From NCBI GenBank assembly GCA_963815095.1, contig CAWFFH010000003.1:768001-832000 (forward strand): a stretch of DNA of 64,000 nucleotides, written 5' to 3'. The position numbers were made by a program, and so were the translations under genes. The notes beneath the pieces are model-generated. The model was not told the origin of the DNA, searched no databases, and saw only the letters and a program-made list of their open reading frames with translations. This DNA is from Candidatus Bathyarchaeota archaeon (GTDB taxonomy: Archaea > Thermoproteota > Bathyarchaeia > Bathyarchaeales > Bathycorpusculaceae). Below are positions 9,371-20,883 of this stretch, piece after piece (within the stretch, counting starts at the first letter, position 1; every line of letters begins with the position of its first letter).

Positions 9371-10150
9371 TTGAGGTTTATTTGTATGAAAACTTTAGTT
9401 ACTGTTGGTCGTGGTGGAACAGGAAAATCCAGCTTTACTGCTTTAATGGGAAAATGTTTTGTTGAAGCGGGTGTGTCGCCAATTCTTTTGGTTGACGCTG
9501 ATCCAGATCAGAATCTAGCTGAAATGTTAGGTGTTGACCTTAAAGAATCAGGAAAATCGACCATTGCAGACCTCATAGTGAGCACTTTTATCGAGAGCGG
9601 CGGCACAACAGTGGGTATTCCGCCAACGCAGCGTATTGAAAGTAGCATTTGGGAAAAGGGGCTTTACGAAAGTAAAAGTTTTGATTTTATGGCAGTCGGC
9701 ACCAAATGGGTTGAAGGCTGCTACTGCATGCCAAACAGCGCATTAAAAGGTGCTCTTGAAGCGTTAACAAAAAACTACAAGTACGTGCTTGTGGATTCTC
9801 CCGCCGGACTCGAAAACCTCAATAGGCGAATAACATCGGAAGTCAACGACATATTCGACATTCTTGACCATTCCAAAAAGTCTCAAGATCATGTCAGACG
9901 AGCTTACAAAATAGCTAAAGAAGTTGACATGAAATTCGAAAACTTTTACATAGTAGGCGGTTATCGTTTCCCCGCAGAACTTGGCAAACAGGCTGAAGCT
10001 GACTTGAAATTCAAATATTTAGGTAAAATCAGCCCCGATGACCAATTAGACGAGTTCGTTTTGGATGGAAAGAACCTTTTGGAGCTTCCAAAGGACAACA
10101 AAGCATATCTTTCAGTGCAGAAAATCCTCCAATCTTTGGGTCACTTATAA
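9371..10150 (+). CDS. cooC: Second CooC-type ATPase
   Basis: GRGGTGKS, DADPDQNL, EGCYC, DSPAGLENLNRR. Confidence 0.82.
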   Translation: MRFICMKTLVTVGRGGTGKSSFTALMGKCFVEAGVSPILLVDADPDQNLAEMLGVDLKESGKSTIADLIVSTFIESGGTTVGIPPTQRIESSIWEKGLYESKSFDFMAVGTKWVEGCYCMPNSALKGALEALTKNYKYVLVDSPAGLENLNRRITSEVNDIFDILDHSKKSQDHVRRAYKIAKEVDMKFENFYIVGGYRFPAELGKQAEADLKFKYLGKISPDDQLDEFVLDGKNLLELPKDNKAYLSVQKILQSLGHL

Positions 10151-10285
10151 CCCCAAGACTTTTACACAATTTTTCGGAAACCTTGCATATCTATGACTGT
10201 ACCGTGACTTTTGCGAAAGAAATTTGGAAAGGTTTAAAAAGTCTGTAATGCAGCATAGACATAAACCTTTACAGAGGTTTCCAAA

Positions 10286-12635
10286 TTGACAACTAAAAAC
10301 GTCCATGTAAAAATAGACGAAATGAAGACCAATAGTGGTCTCATTAAGAATCTTGAATTATCCATAGGCAAAGTTATCAATGATAACTACAATGAGCCTA
10401 TGGGTCCAACCCCAATGCCCTCCTTGACTGCCCTCCGGGATTGGGACATGAAGCTTCTCACCAAGTACAAGCCCTTCTACATGCCCGATTGCGATTTATG
10501 CTGTCTATGTACTTTTGGCAAATGCGATTTGACAGCTGGAAAACGCGGCGCATGCGGTTTAGACATTGCAACCCAATCTTCTCGAATTGTGATGTTAGCT
10601 TGTGCGATCGGAGCAGCCTGCCACACAGCTCACTCACGGCATCTGCTTCACTCCTTAATTGAAAAGTACGGTCGAAGGTTCCCCTTAAACGTCGGTGGAT
10701 TAAACATAAAAGTTGAAGCACCCGTCAGCCGCCTCGTGACCGGCATAAAACCTGAAACCCTCGGCGACTTAGACGATATTTTAACTTACACCGAAGAGCA
10801 AATTACCCAAGTCCTCGCAGTCGGCCACACCGGTCAAGAAGGCAACAACTTAGACTTCGAATCAAAAGCAATGCACGTGGGCATGATTGACCATGTAGGC
10901 ATGGAAGTCGGCGACATCGCCCAAATCTCTGCGTTAGGCTTCCCAAAAGCTGACCCCGAAGCGCCGCTCGTAAAACTTGGCATCTCAAGCGTCGATCGAA
11001 CCAAACCAGTTGTCATGTGCATCGGCCACAACGTTATGCCCTCAGTCGGAATTATCGATTACGCAAAGGACAACAAAGTCGACGACAAAATTGAGATTGT
11101 AGGCTTATGCTGTACTGCTCTTGATACAACTCGATACTACAACCGTGCAAAAATAGTTGGTCCAATAAGCTGGGAGTTAAGGTTCATGCGCGCGGGCTTA
11201 GCAGACGTAGTCGTACTCGACGAACAATGTATCCGAACCGATATTTCTGATGAAGCCGCCCAAGTTAACACACCTGTCATTGCGGCATCAGAAAAGAATT
11301 GTGTGGGTTTCAAGAATCGAACTAATGACCCAGCAGACGAAATCGTCGCTGATCTCGTTAGCGGCAAAGTCAAAGGTGTACTAATTCTCGACGCAGAAAA
11401 AGTCGGCGAAGTCGCGGTCCGAGTAGCACAAAAAGTCGCTCCACTACGTAAGAGAAAGAATGTTCTTCCAAGCTTAGAGGAACTTATACAAATCGCAAAG
11501 ACTTGCACACAATGCAAAAGTTGCCAACGCAACTGCCCACAAGACTACGCAATTCCAGCAGCCATGAAAGCAGCAGCCCAAGGCGACATAACTCTACTAA
11601 CTGACCTCTACGAGACCTGTATTGGATGCGGAAGATGCGAAGAAGCATGCCCACAAAAAATCATGATCCACAGCCTCATCATTAAAGCAGGTGAAAAATC
11701 AATGGAATGCGAAGACAACCTATGCCGCGTAGGCAGAGGCGCAGTCTCAGACGTTGAAATCCGAAACGTCGGCAGTCCAATCGTCCTCGGAGAAATCCCC
11801 GGTATCGTCGCAGTCGTCGGATGCAGTAACTATCCAAAAGGCGGTAAAGATGTTTATGACATATGCAGAGAATTCGCACTCAGACGGTACATAGTCGTAC
11901 TCTCAGGGTGCTCAGCCATGTCCGCAGGAAGCTACCGCAACAGCGAAGGCAAAACCCTCTACGAAGAATTCCCAGGCGGATTCGAAGCAGGCGGAGTTCT
12001 CAACGTCGGCTCATGCGTCGCCAACAGCCACATCGCAGGTGCAGCAATTAAAGTAGCAAACATCTTCGCAAAACGCCCACTAAGAGGCAACTACGAAGAA
12101 ATCGCAGATTACATCCACAACCGCTTAGGCGCAGTCGGCTTAGCTTGGGGTGCATACTCACAGAAAGCCGCATCAATCGCATCAGGATTCTGGCGCTTAG
12201 GTGTACCAGTCCTCGTCGGTCCACATGGTGTCAAATACAGACGTATGCTTCTTGGTCAGAAAAGAAGACCCATCAAACTGGGAAGTTCTCGATGCGCGCA
12301 CAGGAAACATGGTAAACGTCGGACCTGCACCAGAACACCTCTTCAACATTGCAGAAACCAAAGAGGAATGTATGGTCGCAATCGCAAAACTCTGCATCAG
12401 ACCCAACGACACATGGAAAGGACGCAGCATAAAACTAAGCCACTACGTTGACCTAAGCAAACGATACCTCGGAGTCATGCCAAACGACCTACACCTGTAC
12501 GTAAGAACAATGGCTGATGTCCCAATGACCATGAAAGAGGAATTCGAGAAAATCCTCGCAGAGCACAACTGGAAAGAAACAGTAATTCCGGACCCAACCT
12601 TGCTTCCAAGAATGGTTCGAAAGATGAAGGAGTAA
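10286..12635 (+). CDS. cdhA: CODH/ACS complex alpha subunit, +1 frameshift near 12257
   Basis: CDLCCLCTFGKC, GHN, GLCCT, ferredoxin motifs, GSCVAN; removing one base at 12256/12257 joins LLG to RKEDPSNW...IPDPTLL. Confidence 0.93.
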
Positions 12636-12650
12636 ACGGAGGAAAAAACA

Positions 12651-13193
12651 ATGTCCTGTGAACCATGGCAATGTGCAGAAATAGCTTCAACTAAAAAAGC
12701 AAACCCAATACAAAAACCCGAGATAGCAGTAGCAATGATCAAAAAAGCCCAACGCCCCCTTCTTATTGTGGGAAGCAACGCCACAGAAAGGTACATGGAA
12801 GGCAAACAACTAATAGAATACCTAATCGACTTCGCAAACGCCTCCAAAGTACCAGTCGTCGCAACCGCCCACATGGTTGGCGAATTCATAAAACGAGGAT
12901 ACCAACCAGCGGCATTCATGAACGCGATGGAAATCGGACAGCGTGTAGTTGACCCAGAATGGATGGGACTCGACGGCAAAGGACACCCAGACCTAGTCAT
13001 TTTGGTTGGGTTACCCTACTATGTTGAATCACTGATGCTCTCAGGTATGAAGCATTTTGCACCCAACCAAAAAACCATGACTATCGACAACCTCTTCCAC
13101 GTCCACGCAAGCTGGTCTTTCCCAAACGCACCCCTCGAAGAGTGGGCTGCAAATCTCAAAGTAATGACCTCAAAATTTAATGGAGGAAATTAA
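12651..13193 (+). CDS. cdhB: CODH/ACS epsilon subunit
   Basis: KKAQRPLLIVG, WMGLDGKGHPDL, ASWSFPN; operon position. Confidence 0.9.
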   Translation: MSCEPWQCAEIASTKKANPIQKPEIAVAMIKKAQRPLLIVGSNATERYMEGKQLIEYLIDFANASKVPVVATAHMVGEFIKRGYQPAAFMNAMEIGQRVVDPEWMGLDGKGHPDLVILVGLPYYVESLMLSGMKHFAPNQKTMTIDNLFHVHASWSFPNAPLEEWAANLKVMTSKFNGGN

Positions 13194-13196
13194 AAA

Positions 13197-14618
13197 ATGT
13201 CTATGTTTAAAGATATACCTGTTGAAGTTGGCGTAATTTACGAAGGAGAACGTATCCGAAGAAACGACATGCAAGTAGAACTCGGCGGACCCACAGTAAA
13301 ACAGAAATTTGAACTCGCAAAAGTAAAACCCATGAATGACATCGAAGATGGAAAAATTACTATCCTCGGTCCTGACCTAAAAGACATGAAAGAAGGCGGC
13401 GCATACCCATTCGGCATCCTTGTCGAAGCAGCAGGCGCAAAACTCGATGCAGGTCTTGAAGGTGTCATTGAAAGACGCATTCACGGCTACCTAAATTACA
13501 TCGAAGGATTTATGCACCTAAATCAACGCTACGACATCTGGATACGCATAGGCAAAAAATCCTTCCAAAAAGGCTTAACCAGCTTTGATGCAATCGGCAA
13601 AGTTCTCTACAGACTCTTCAAGAGCGAACTTCCAATCATCGAGAAAGTACAAATTACCTTCATAACTGACCCAGCAAAACTAGACGAAATGACTTCTCAA
13701 GCGATGGAAGCATACGAGTCACGCGACGCAAAAGCCAGAGGCCTAAAAGACAGCGAAGTAGACACATTCTACGGATGCGCTCTCTGCCAATCATTCGCAC
13801 CAAGCCACGTCTGTGTCATTACACCACAAAGATACAGCAACTGCGGTGCAATCAGCTGGTTTGACGGAAAAGCCTCAGCAAGCATCGATCCTAAAGGTCC
13901 AGTCTTCGCAATTCCAAGAGGCGAAATGATCAACGAAGAGAAAGGTGAATTCAGTGGCGTCAATGAAGCAGCTAAGAAACGCAGCATGGGCGAAGTTAAC
14001 CAAGTTTGGCTATACACAGCTTTTGATCACCCACACACTTCATGCGGATGTTTCGAAGCAGTAACCTTCTACATCCCAGAAGTCGACGGATTAGGGGTCG
14101 TTCAAAGAAACTTCAAAGGCGCAGCCGTAAACGGCTTACCCTTTAGCACCTTGGCAGACTCAGCGGCAGGCGGACGACAAATAGACGGGTTCCATGGAAT
14201 GTCCATCGAATACATGCGAAGCGCTAAATTCTTTGCAGCAGACGGTGGATGGAACCGTATTGTTTGGGTACCTAAAGAAGTCAAAGAAAAAGTAAAGGAC
14301 TTCATACCTAAAGATGTCGTTGACAAAATTGCAACAGAAGATGATGCCAAGAATGTTGATGAGCTTAAAGCTTTCCTAAAAGCTAAGAACCACCCAGTCG
14401 TAGCAAGATGGGCAGCCCAAGAAGCTCCAGCAGCAGAAGCACAAGCAATGACCATTAACGAAGAAGCCGCAGGCACCATGATGCCAGTCGCTACAGCCGG
14501 ATCACTGCCCATAATGGCAGGCGGATTTAAGATAATCCTTAAGGACGCAAAGATCTACGCAAACAAAGTCATCATAACGACCGTAAAAGACAGCAAAGAT
14601 AACAAAGACAAACGGTGA
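13197..14618 (+). CDS. cdhC: Acetyl-CoA synthase beta subunit
   Basis: YEGERIR, FYGCALCQSFAP, HTSCGCFE A-cluster motifs. Confidence 0.95.
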   Translation: MSMFKDIPVEVGVIYEGERIRRNDMQVELGGPTVKQKFELAKVKPMNDIEDGKITILGPDLKDMKEGGAYPFGILVEAAGAKLDAGLEGVIERRIHGYLNYIEGFMHLNQRYDIWIRIGKKSFQKGLTSFDAIGKVLYRLFKSELPIIEKVQITFITDPAKLDEMTSQAMEAYESRDAKARGLKDSEVDTFYGCALCQSFAPSHVCVITPQRYSNCGAISWFDGKASASIDPKGPVFAIPRGEMINEEKGEFSGVNEAAKKRSMGEVNQVWLYTAFDHPHTSCGCFEAVTFYIPEVDGLGVVQRNFKGAAVNGLPFSTLADSAAGGRQIDGFHGMSIEYMRSAKFFAADGGWNRIVWVPKEVKEKVKDFIPKDVVDKIATEDDAKNVDELKAFLKAKNHPVVARWAAQEAPAAEAQAMTINEEAAGTMMPVATAGSLPIMAGGFKIILKDAKIYANKVIITTVKDSKDNKDKR

Positions 14619-14624
14619 TTCTTC

Positions 14625-15851
14625 TTGACTCACCACGACACAGACAAAAAAAAGGACAATGAAGGACTACTGCTGAGCGACGAATTAATGGAAGCCCTTG
14701 CAAAATTCCAGACAATCGAACTGGAAGACTTCCAGATGGACGTCAAAGACCTCGAAATCCTCTTCGAAGCAGGCGCAGCAGGGCAATTAATGCCCAAATT
14801 AAAGTTGCCAGCAGCAATAGCTGGTGGAAAACCACTCAGTATGCTCCAAGTGCCTTTCCTGCCACCGATCGAAAAATACCCAAACAAAATCTCAACAGTC
14901 AAACTAGGCGCAACAAAAAGCGAAGGCGGCACACGCGGCAGATCTCTTACAATCGGCGGAGAAGTTTCTCCTGCCTTCTACACTTTTGAAAACCCGATGC
15001 CCCACAAACCAGTTATTACTCTAGACGTTTTCGACATGGAAGTCCCCCTGTCAAAGGCAGTGAAGATGCACGTTAAAGACGTCGTCGGCGACCCCGCAGC
15101 TTGGGCAAAACTTGCAGTCGAAAAATTTGGCGCAGACATGGTCACTATGCACTTAATCAGCGTTGACCCACTTCTCAAAGATGCAACTCCCAAAGAAGCA
15201 TGCAAAACTATCGAAAAAGTTCTGCAAGCCGTAGACGTACCACTCGTCATCGGCGGATGTGGGGACCCAGTTAAAGACACAGCAGTATTCGAAGAAGTTT
15301 GTGCTCAATTCCCAGGCGAACGCTTCCTAATAAGCTCCGTTACGCGGGATATGGACGTAGAAAAATGCGCAAAATTCATCAAAAAAGCTGGTCACGCAAT
15401 CCTCTCATTCACACCAATGGATCTTAACTTGGCTCGCGAACTCAACAGACGCCTCTACGACTATGTAGCCAGAGAAGACATTGTTATGGACTTAACTACC
15501 GCGGCCTTAGGCTACGGTTTAGATTATGCATTCACAAACATGGAACGCGCACGAATGAGCGGCTTAATGGGCGACGCAGAACTTGCACACCCAATGTCCT
15601 CGGGAACAACTAACGCTTGGGCAGCAAGAGAAGCATGGCTCAAAATGGGCGCTGAATGGGAACCACGCGAACTCAGAGGGCCACTTTGGGAAGTAACAAC
15701 AGCCATAACACTGTTGCTCGCAGGCGTAGACCTATTCATGATGATGCATCCAGCAGCAGTAAAAACACTAAAAGACGTTACAAACTACCTATCAAGCGCC
15801 AAAAAAGCAGACCCATCAAAATACGCAAACTGGGTCACAGTAAAAGCTTAA
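14625..15851 (+). CDS. cdhD: Corrinoid Fe-S protein small (delta) subunit
   Basis: LGATKSEGGTRG, AALGYGLDY, NAWAAREAW, MMMHP. Confidence 0.93.
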   Translation: MTHHDTDKKKDNEGLLLSDELMEALAKFQTIELEDFQMDVKDLEILFEAGAAGQLMPKLKLPAAIAGGKPLSMLQVPFLPPIEKYPNKISTVKLGATKSEGGTRGRSLTIGGEVSPAFYTFENPMPHKPVITLDVFDMEVPLSKAVKMHVKDVVGDPAAWAKLAVEKFGADMVTMHLISVDPLLKDATPKEACKTIEKVLQAVDVPLVIGGCGDPVKDTAVFEEVCAQFPGERFLISSVTRDMDVEKCAKFIKKAGHAILSFTPMDLNLARELNRRLYDYVAREDIVMDLTTAALGYGLDYAFTNMERARMSGLMGDAELAHPMSSGTTNAWAAREAWLKMGAEWEPRELRGPLWEVTTAITLLLAGVDLFMMMHPAAVKTLKDVTNYLSSAKKADPSKYANWVTVKA

Positions 15852-15857
15852 GGAGAC

Positions 15858-17291
15858 ATGACTAATATGGCAGAAAAGAAAAAAGGCGGATTAAAAGAAC
15901 TAAGCCCCATAACCATTTACAAGAGCTTGCCAAAAATTAACTGCAAAGAATGCGGCGTCGACAACTGCATGGCATTCGCCACCAAGATTGTCAACCGAGA
16001 AGTTGAACTTGACAGTTGCAAACCACTCCTCAAACCAGAAAATGCAAAATCTTACGCTATACTGAAAGACCTCCTAAAACCAGCAGTTAAAGAAGTCATC
16101 GTTGGCGTCGGAGACAAAGCTAAGAAAATCGGCGGCAAACTAGTCATGTACCGCCACGAATTCACATACAAGAACCCAACAGCCATATCAATCGACGTAA
16201 CCGACGATATGAGCGACAGCGAAATCGTTACACGAGTGCAAAAAACAGATAACTTTACCTTCGAATACATCGGCAACACCCTAAAGCTCGACATGATAGC
16301 TGTTCGGTGCACTTCTGGAGATGCTGACAAATTCAAGGCATGCGTTAAAAAAGTATCAGAAACCACAAAGTTACCAATGATATTATGCACCATGAGCCCT
16401 GCGATAGCTGAAGCAGGTTTAATGGCAGCACCAAAAGCAAGACCACTCCTCTACGCAGCAAATGCAACCAACTGGAAAGACATGGCAGAACTAGCACTAA
16501 TGTACAATTGCCCCATAGTCGCATCCGCACCAAACGACCTAACAACACTTGTTTCACTCGCAAAAACCCTAATGGCTTACGGAGTAACCGACATAGTCTT
16601 AGACCCCGGAACCTTCATAAACGAAGGCTTACCTGACACAATCAACAACTTTACCATGCTCCGCAGAGCAGCAACAAAAGGCGGCGAAGAACTCGCAGGC
16701 TTACCCCTACTCGGCGTACCAATGGTTGCATGGGTAGACAAGGGAGACACAGCAGACGACCTCATAAAATGGCGCGAAGCATATGTCGCATCCATGCTCG
16801 TAGTTCGTTATGCAGATGTACTAATCATGCACGGCAACGACGGATGGGCACTACTACCAACAACCGTACTAAGACAAAACATTTACACTGACCCACGTAA
16901 ACCAGTGGCAGTAGCAGCAGGCTTGAAAGTCTACGGCACACCCGACGAGAACTCACCAGTCCTCTTCACATCAAACTTCGCTTTAACCTACTACACAGTC
17001 GCCTCAGACATCGAGAGCAACAAACTCAACGCCTACCTGATCGTCGTTGACACAGAAGGCTCAGCAATCGACAGTGGAGTTGCAGGACGCAAACTAACCG
17101 CGGAACGAGTCGCAGACGCAATCAAAGCCTCAGGCATAGAAAAGAAAGTCAAACACCGCAAAATCATCAGCCCAGGCAAAGCATCACGAATCAGCGGCGA
17201 AATCGAAGAACTCAGCGGCTGGAAAGTCCAAGTTGGACCACGCGACAGCAGTGAGATACCCAAGTATCTCATAGAGAAATGGCAACCATAA
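15858..17291 (+). CDS. cdhE: Corrinoid Fe-S protein large (gamma) subunit
   Basis: LPKINCKECGVDNCMAFA, IYTDPRKP, TSNFALTY, VGPRDSS. Confidence 0.95.
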   Translation: MTNMAEKKKGGLKELSPITIYKSLPKINCKECGVDNCMAFATKIVNREVELDSCKPLLKPENAKSYAILKDLLKPAVKEVIVGVGDKAKKIGGKLVMYRHEFTYKNPTAISIDVTDDMSDSEIVTRVQKTDNFTFEYIGNTLKLDMIAVRCTSGDADKFKACVKKVSETTKLPMILCTMSPAIAEAGLMAAPKARPLLYAANATNWKDMAELALMYNCPIVASAPNDLTTLVSLAKTLMAYGVTDIVLDPGTFINEGLPDTINNFTMLRRAATKGGEELAGLPLLGVPMVAWVDKGDTADDLIKWREAYVASMLVVRYADVLIMHGNDGWALLPTTVLRQNIYTDPRKPVAVAAGLKVYGTPDENSPVLFTSNFALTYYTVASDIESNKLNAYLIVVDTEGSAIDSGVAGRKLTAERVADAIKASGIEKKVKHRKIISPGKASRISGEIEELSGWKVQVGPRDSSEIPKYLIEKWQP

Positions 17292-17296
17292 GCCAT

Positions 17297-17326
17297 CCCC
17301 TTCTTATTTTATTTTTAATTTTTTGT
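17297..17326 (+). terminator. Archaeal oligo-T terminator of the cdh operon
   Basis: ccccttcttattttatttttaattttttg directly after the cdhE stop. Confidence 0.55.
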
Positions 17327-17369
17327 TAGCCTAAAGAAATTCTTTTATAATCCGCCCAATTTCTAGAAA

Positions 17370-17783
17370 TTGGTGATTTTTGTGGATCATACAATTGTGC
17401 ATTTTGAAATTCCAGCCAATGACATCGAAAAACTAAAGAAATTTTATATGGATTTGTTTGGTTGGACGATGAATAAGTATCCTGGACCTACTGTCTACTA
17501 CCTTGTGGGAACGGTTCCTGTGGATGAGAAGACGATGATGCCTATTCGACCCGGTGTTAACGGCGGACTATATGAGAAAAAGGATGCTTCGATGCCAGAG
17601 ATGGCTAAGCCGATAAATTACATATCTGTAGAATCGGTTGAGGAATACAGCAAGAAGGTGGAAACGTTAGGCGGCAAAATAGTCCAGCAGAAGATGGAGA
17701 TTTCGGGCATAGGATGGTGGGCACTGGCGCTTGACCCTGATGGTAATGCTTTTGGGATGCTGGAGTACTTGCAAAAACCATAA
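17370..17783 (+). CDS. VOC/glyoxalase family protein
   Basis: VHFEIPANDIEKLKKFY...DPDGNAFG. Confidence 0.85.
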   Translation: MVIFVDHTIVHFEIPANDIEKLKKFYMDLFGWTMNKYPGPTVYYLVGTVPVDEKTMMPIRPGVNGGLYEKKDASMPEMAKPINYISVESVEEYSKKVETLGGKIVQQKMEISGIGWWALALDPDGNAFGMLEYLQKP

Positions 17784-17938
17784 TCCTTCCTTTTGTTTTT
17801 AGACTTATTTTTTCCTTCCCCGTTTCAGCTAATCTGTATTATGTCAAAAACCCCATGGTTTATACGTAAATTTGTACTAAAAGCGTATAAACCCCTTCTT
17901 TCAATCTAAGAGCATTTACTGCTTGAGGGGACTGAAAA

Positions 17939-19423
17939 ATAGGCTGCGGTATCTTTGGGGCAATAAATTATGATAATCAACTAGTTTTTCCGTATGTTTA
18001 TTGGGGTTTACGTGCACAGAACCATCGGGGACACCAATCACATGGTTTCCTCACATACAGCGACAAACAATTCTTCACTTACAAGAACTTGGATCTAGTT
18101 CCCAAAGTCAAGAGCAATGCTATCCAAGAATGGTTTGGCCGTTTGCCTGGATCTATAGGCATTGGTAACGTAAGGTATACAACCTCAGGCAAATGCGATG
18201 ACGTTTCTATAATTCAGGGTACACAGCCTGTGATAGCTTCTATTGATGGAATAAAAGTTGCACTGTCATTCAATGGTAACATCGTAAATACGTTGCCGCT
18301 GAAAAAAGAAATGACTGAAAACTTCCCAGATTTCCTCTATAACTGTGATTCTGACATAGTTTGTCACAAAATGCTTCAGGGATTAAAACAGGGTAAAGAT
18401 TTGGAATCTGCTGCTCGTACCGTTATGGAGGGCTTGGATGGCGCATTCTCCGTGATAGGTATTACAGGCGAGGGAGATTTTTTTGCCTTCAAAGACCCTC
18501 ATGGAATAAAACCGTTGTGTGCTGGACATGACCCAAATGGAAAAACTTTTGCTTTTTCATCTGAAACTGTCAGTTTAGACATGAATAGTTTTGTGCGGGA
18601 CTTTGAATTAAAACCCGGTGAACTCGTAACCGCTTCACCCGAAGGCTTCAAACGTACCCAAGTTATCAAAAATCCCAGAGAGGCCTTTTGCGCTTTTGAA
18701 TATGCTTATTTTGCAAGGCCCGACTCCACATTTGGCGATGATAAATACGTTTATGAAATGCGAGAGGATTTCGGAAGAAACATTGTGAAAGAATTCCCAG
18801 AAATCGCCAAAGACGGCGACATCATAATGTCGGTTCCTGAAACTGGCGACGACTCCGCAATGGGTGTTCATGAAGCGTCAGGTTTACGTTGGGAACGAGC
18901 TTCAAGACGCCACCGCTATGTTACCGAACGTGCTTTCATTCTGCTAAACACAGAGCGATTCTCGACAATTGATAAGAAGATTAACATTTTAGGCTCCAAA
19001 GTCGCTGGCAAGCGAGTCATTATAACCGAAGATAGCATCGTCCGAGGAGACACGACCAAAGTTATTATCGAGAAACTGCGTAAAGCAGGAGCAAAAAAAG
19101 TATACGTCTTCGTAACTTTCCCCCGCATTATTGGACCCTGCTTCTACGGCATCGACATGTCCACTTATGGGCAACTCGTCGGTTCAAGAAATGACGCCGC
19201 AGGAATCGCTAAAATCATCGGTGCAGACGGCGTATGCTATCAATCCCTCGAAGGGCTCATAGGGGCGACCGGACACACAGAAGACCAACTTTGCTTAGCC
19301 TGCGTCACAGGCAAGTACCCCACGCCGTGCGCGCAGAAAATGGCTGACATAATGAAAAAACGTTTCCAAGAAGGCTACGAAGAAAAAAGCAGAATCTACG
19401 AGTCTGAAGAAGCTCAGCCGTAA
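17939..19423 (+). CDS. purF: Amidophosphoribosyltransferase; true N-terminus (M)GCGIFG begins at an ATA codon
   Basis: In-frame extension ATA GGC TGC GGT ATC TTT...HRG upstream of the listed ORF; CAFEYAYFARPDS, EDSIVRG, PCFYGID, CLAC. Confidence 0.92.
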   Translation: MGCGIFGAINYDNQLVFPYVYWGLRAQNHRGHQSHGFLTYSDKQFFTYKNLDLVPKVKSNAIQEWFGRLPGSIGIGNVRYTTSGKCDDVSIIQGTQPVIASIDGIKVALSFNGNIVNTLPLKKEMTENFPDFLYNCDSDIVCHKMLQGLKQGKDLESAARTVMEGLDGAFSVIGITGEGDFFAFKDPHGIKPLCAGHDPNGKTFAFSSETVSLDMNSFVRDFELKPGELVTASPEGFKRTQVIKNPREAFCAFEYAYFARPDSTFGDDKYVYEMREDFGRNIVKEFPEIAKDGDIIMSVPETGDDSAMGVHEASGLRWERASRRHRYVTERAFILLNTERFSTIDKKINILGSKVAGKRVIITEDSIVRGDTTKVIIEKLRKAGAKKVYVFVTFPRIIGPCFYGIDMSTYGQLVGSRNDAAGIAKIIGADGVCYQSLEGLIGATGHTEDQLCLACVTGKYPTPCAQKMADIMKKRFQEGYEEKSRIYESEEAQP

Positions 19424-19461
19424 TCGCTATTAAGCGTTCCGTCCACTTTCTATCAGGTACG

Positions 19462-20883
19462 GTGTCTCGGATGGAAAAAATAGGTGTCCTAGTCGTTTCT
19501 TATGGAGCACGAGAAGTCGCCATAGCCGATACTCTTCTAAGGAGCAAAAAATACCAAGTAAAACTCTACGTCGCCGACAAACAATTTAACCCCTTCAACG
19601 CAGAAAAAGCCACAAAACACAAAGTCATCCCAAACCTCGACATAGAAGAAATCTGCAAGTTCGCCGAAGCAAACAAAGAAAAACTTGACTTTGTCATGGT
19701 TGGCTCCGAAAAACCTATAATTGAAGGCATCCGTGACTTAATCGAGAAAAAAACAGGTATACCTGTGATTTGTCCCACCAAAGAATATGCTATAGAGGAA
19801 AGCAAAGTCGCTCAAAGGGTACTTTTTGAGGAGATTGCACCCGAAGCGAATCCACGATTCAAAGTTTTCCACCCAGCCGATTACAAGGGCAAAGATGTTC
19901 AGAAGTCTGTATATCAATGGTTAGATGAATTGAATAACCAAGCCGTCGTCAAACCCGACAAGCCTGCTTTGGGTAAAGGTGTTGGTGTCTGGGGTGACCA
20001 CTTCGCGAATCGTGAGCAGCTTTTTGAGCATTTCATGTCCAATTTCAAGTACGGTTCAGTCATTATCGAAGAAAAAATCGATGGCGAAGAATCCAGCTGC
20101 ATGGGCTTCTGTGATGGCAAACACTTCATTCCCCTGCCCGACACGCGTGACTACAAACGTGCCTTTGACAATGACGTAGGTCCAAACACTGGTGGCATGG
20201 GCTCCTACAAAGATGTTGCCGATTGGTTGCCATTCTTAACTTCAGCTGAACGTGAAAAGGAGCGCGCGTTAGCAAACAAGGTTTTCAAAGGCTGGAAAAC
20301 CAAAATAAGCGATGATACCGCCCTTCGAGGTGTTCCATTGTATCTTGCCTTTATGCATACTGGAAAAGGCATCAAAATCCTCGAAATCAACAGTCGCCCT
20401 GGCGATCCCGAAATTATGAACCTTCTGCCAATCATCAAAGACGACTTCGTTGATGTCTGCCTAAAAATGATTAGTGGTAACTTGACGGGTGTTGCACTTG
20501 AAAAGTCTGCGACGGTTTTAACTTACAAAGTTCCAGCAGACTACGGCGGTTATGCAGAAACCTTTCCTGCCAAAATCGACAAATCTGCAATTACCTCGCC
20601 CGTTGACCTAACTAAAGCCCAAGCATTAACCAAGAAGTACGGCGACAAAATCCGCATCTACCCCGGCTCCATGGAGCTGCGAGAAGGCAAAAACTACGCC
20701 CTCAAATCCCGAGCAATTGGTATCCTTGGCATTGGCAGCAGCATCGAGGAAGCGCGCAAAATTAGTCAAGAAGGCGCCAAAGTCATTACTGGCGGTGCAC
20801 TCTGGAACCGCACCGACGTAGCCTCAAAACAGCATATAGCCAAAAGCGTTGAGCACATGGATAGGTTGAGGCACAAGGCTTGA
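19462..20883 (+). CDS. purD: Phosphoribosylamine-glycine ligase
   Basis: GAREVAI, GKGV, DYKRAFDNDVGPNTGGMGS, EINSRPGDPE. Confidence 0.93.
   Translation: MSRMEKIGVLVVSYGAREVAIADTLLRSKKYQVKLYVADKQFNPFNAEKATKHKVIPNLDIEEICKFAEANKEKLDFVMVGSEKPIIEGIRDLIEKKTGIPVICPTKEYAIEESKVAQRVLFEEIAPEANPRFKVFHPADYKGKDVQKSVYQWLDELNNQAVVKPDKPALGKGVGVWGDHFANREQLFEHFMSNFKYGSVIIEEKIDGEESSCMGFCDGKHFIPLPDTRDYKRAFDNDVGPNTGGMGSYKDVADWLPFLTSAEREKERALANKVFKGWKTKISDDTALRGVPLYLAFMHTGKGIKILEINSRPGDPEIMNLLPIIKDDFVDVCLKMISGNLTGVALEKSATVLTYKVPADYGGYAETFPAKIDKSAITSPVDLTKAQALTKKYGDKIRIYPGSMELREGKNYALKSRAIGILGIGSSIEEARKISQEGAKVITGGALWNRTDVASKQHIAKSVEHMDRLRHKA

Noticed and set aside
12201-12451. Programmed frameshifting or true pseudogenisation of cdhA (likewise purM, tldD)
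   Set aside because: No slippery sequence and no additional decay; the pattern fits single-base consensus errors.
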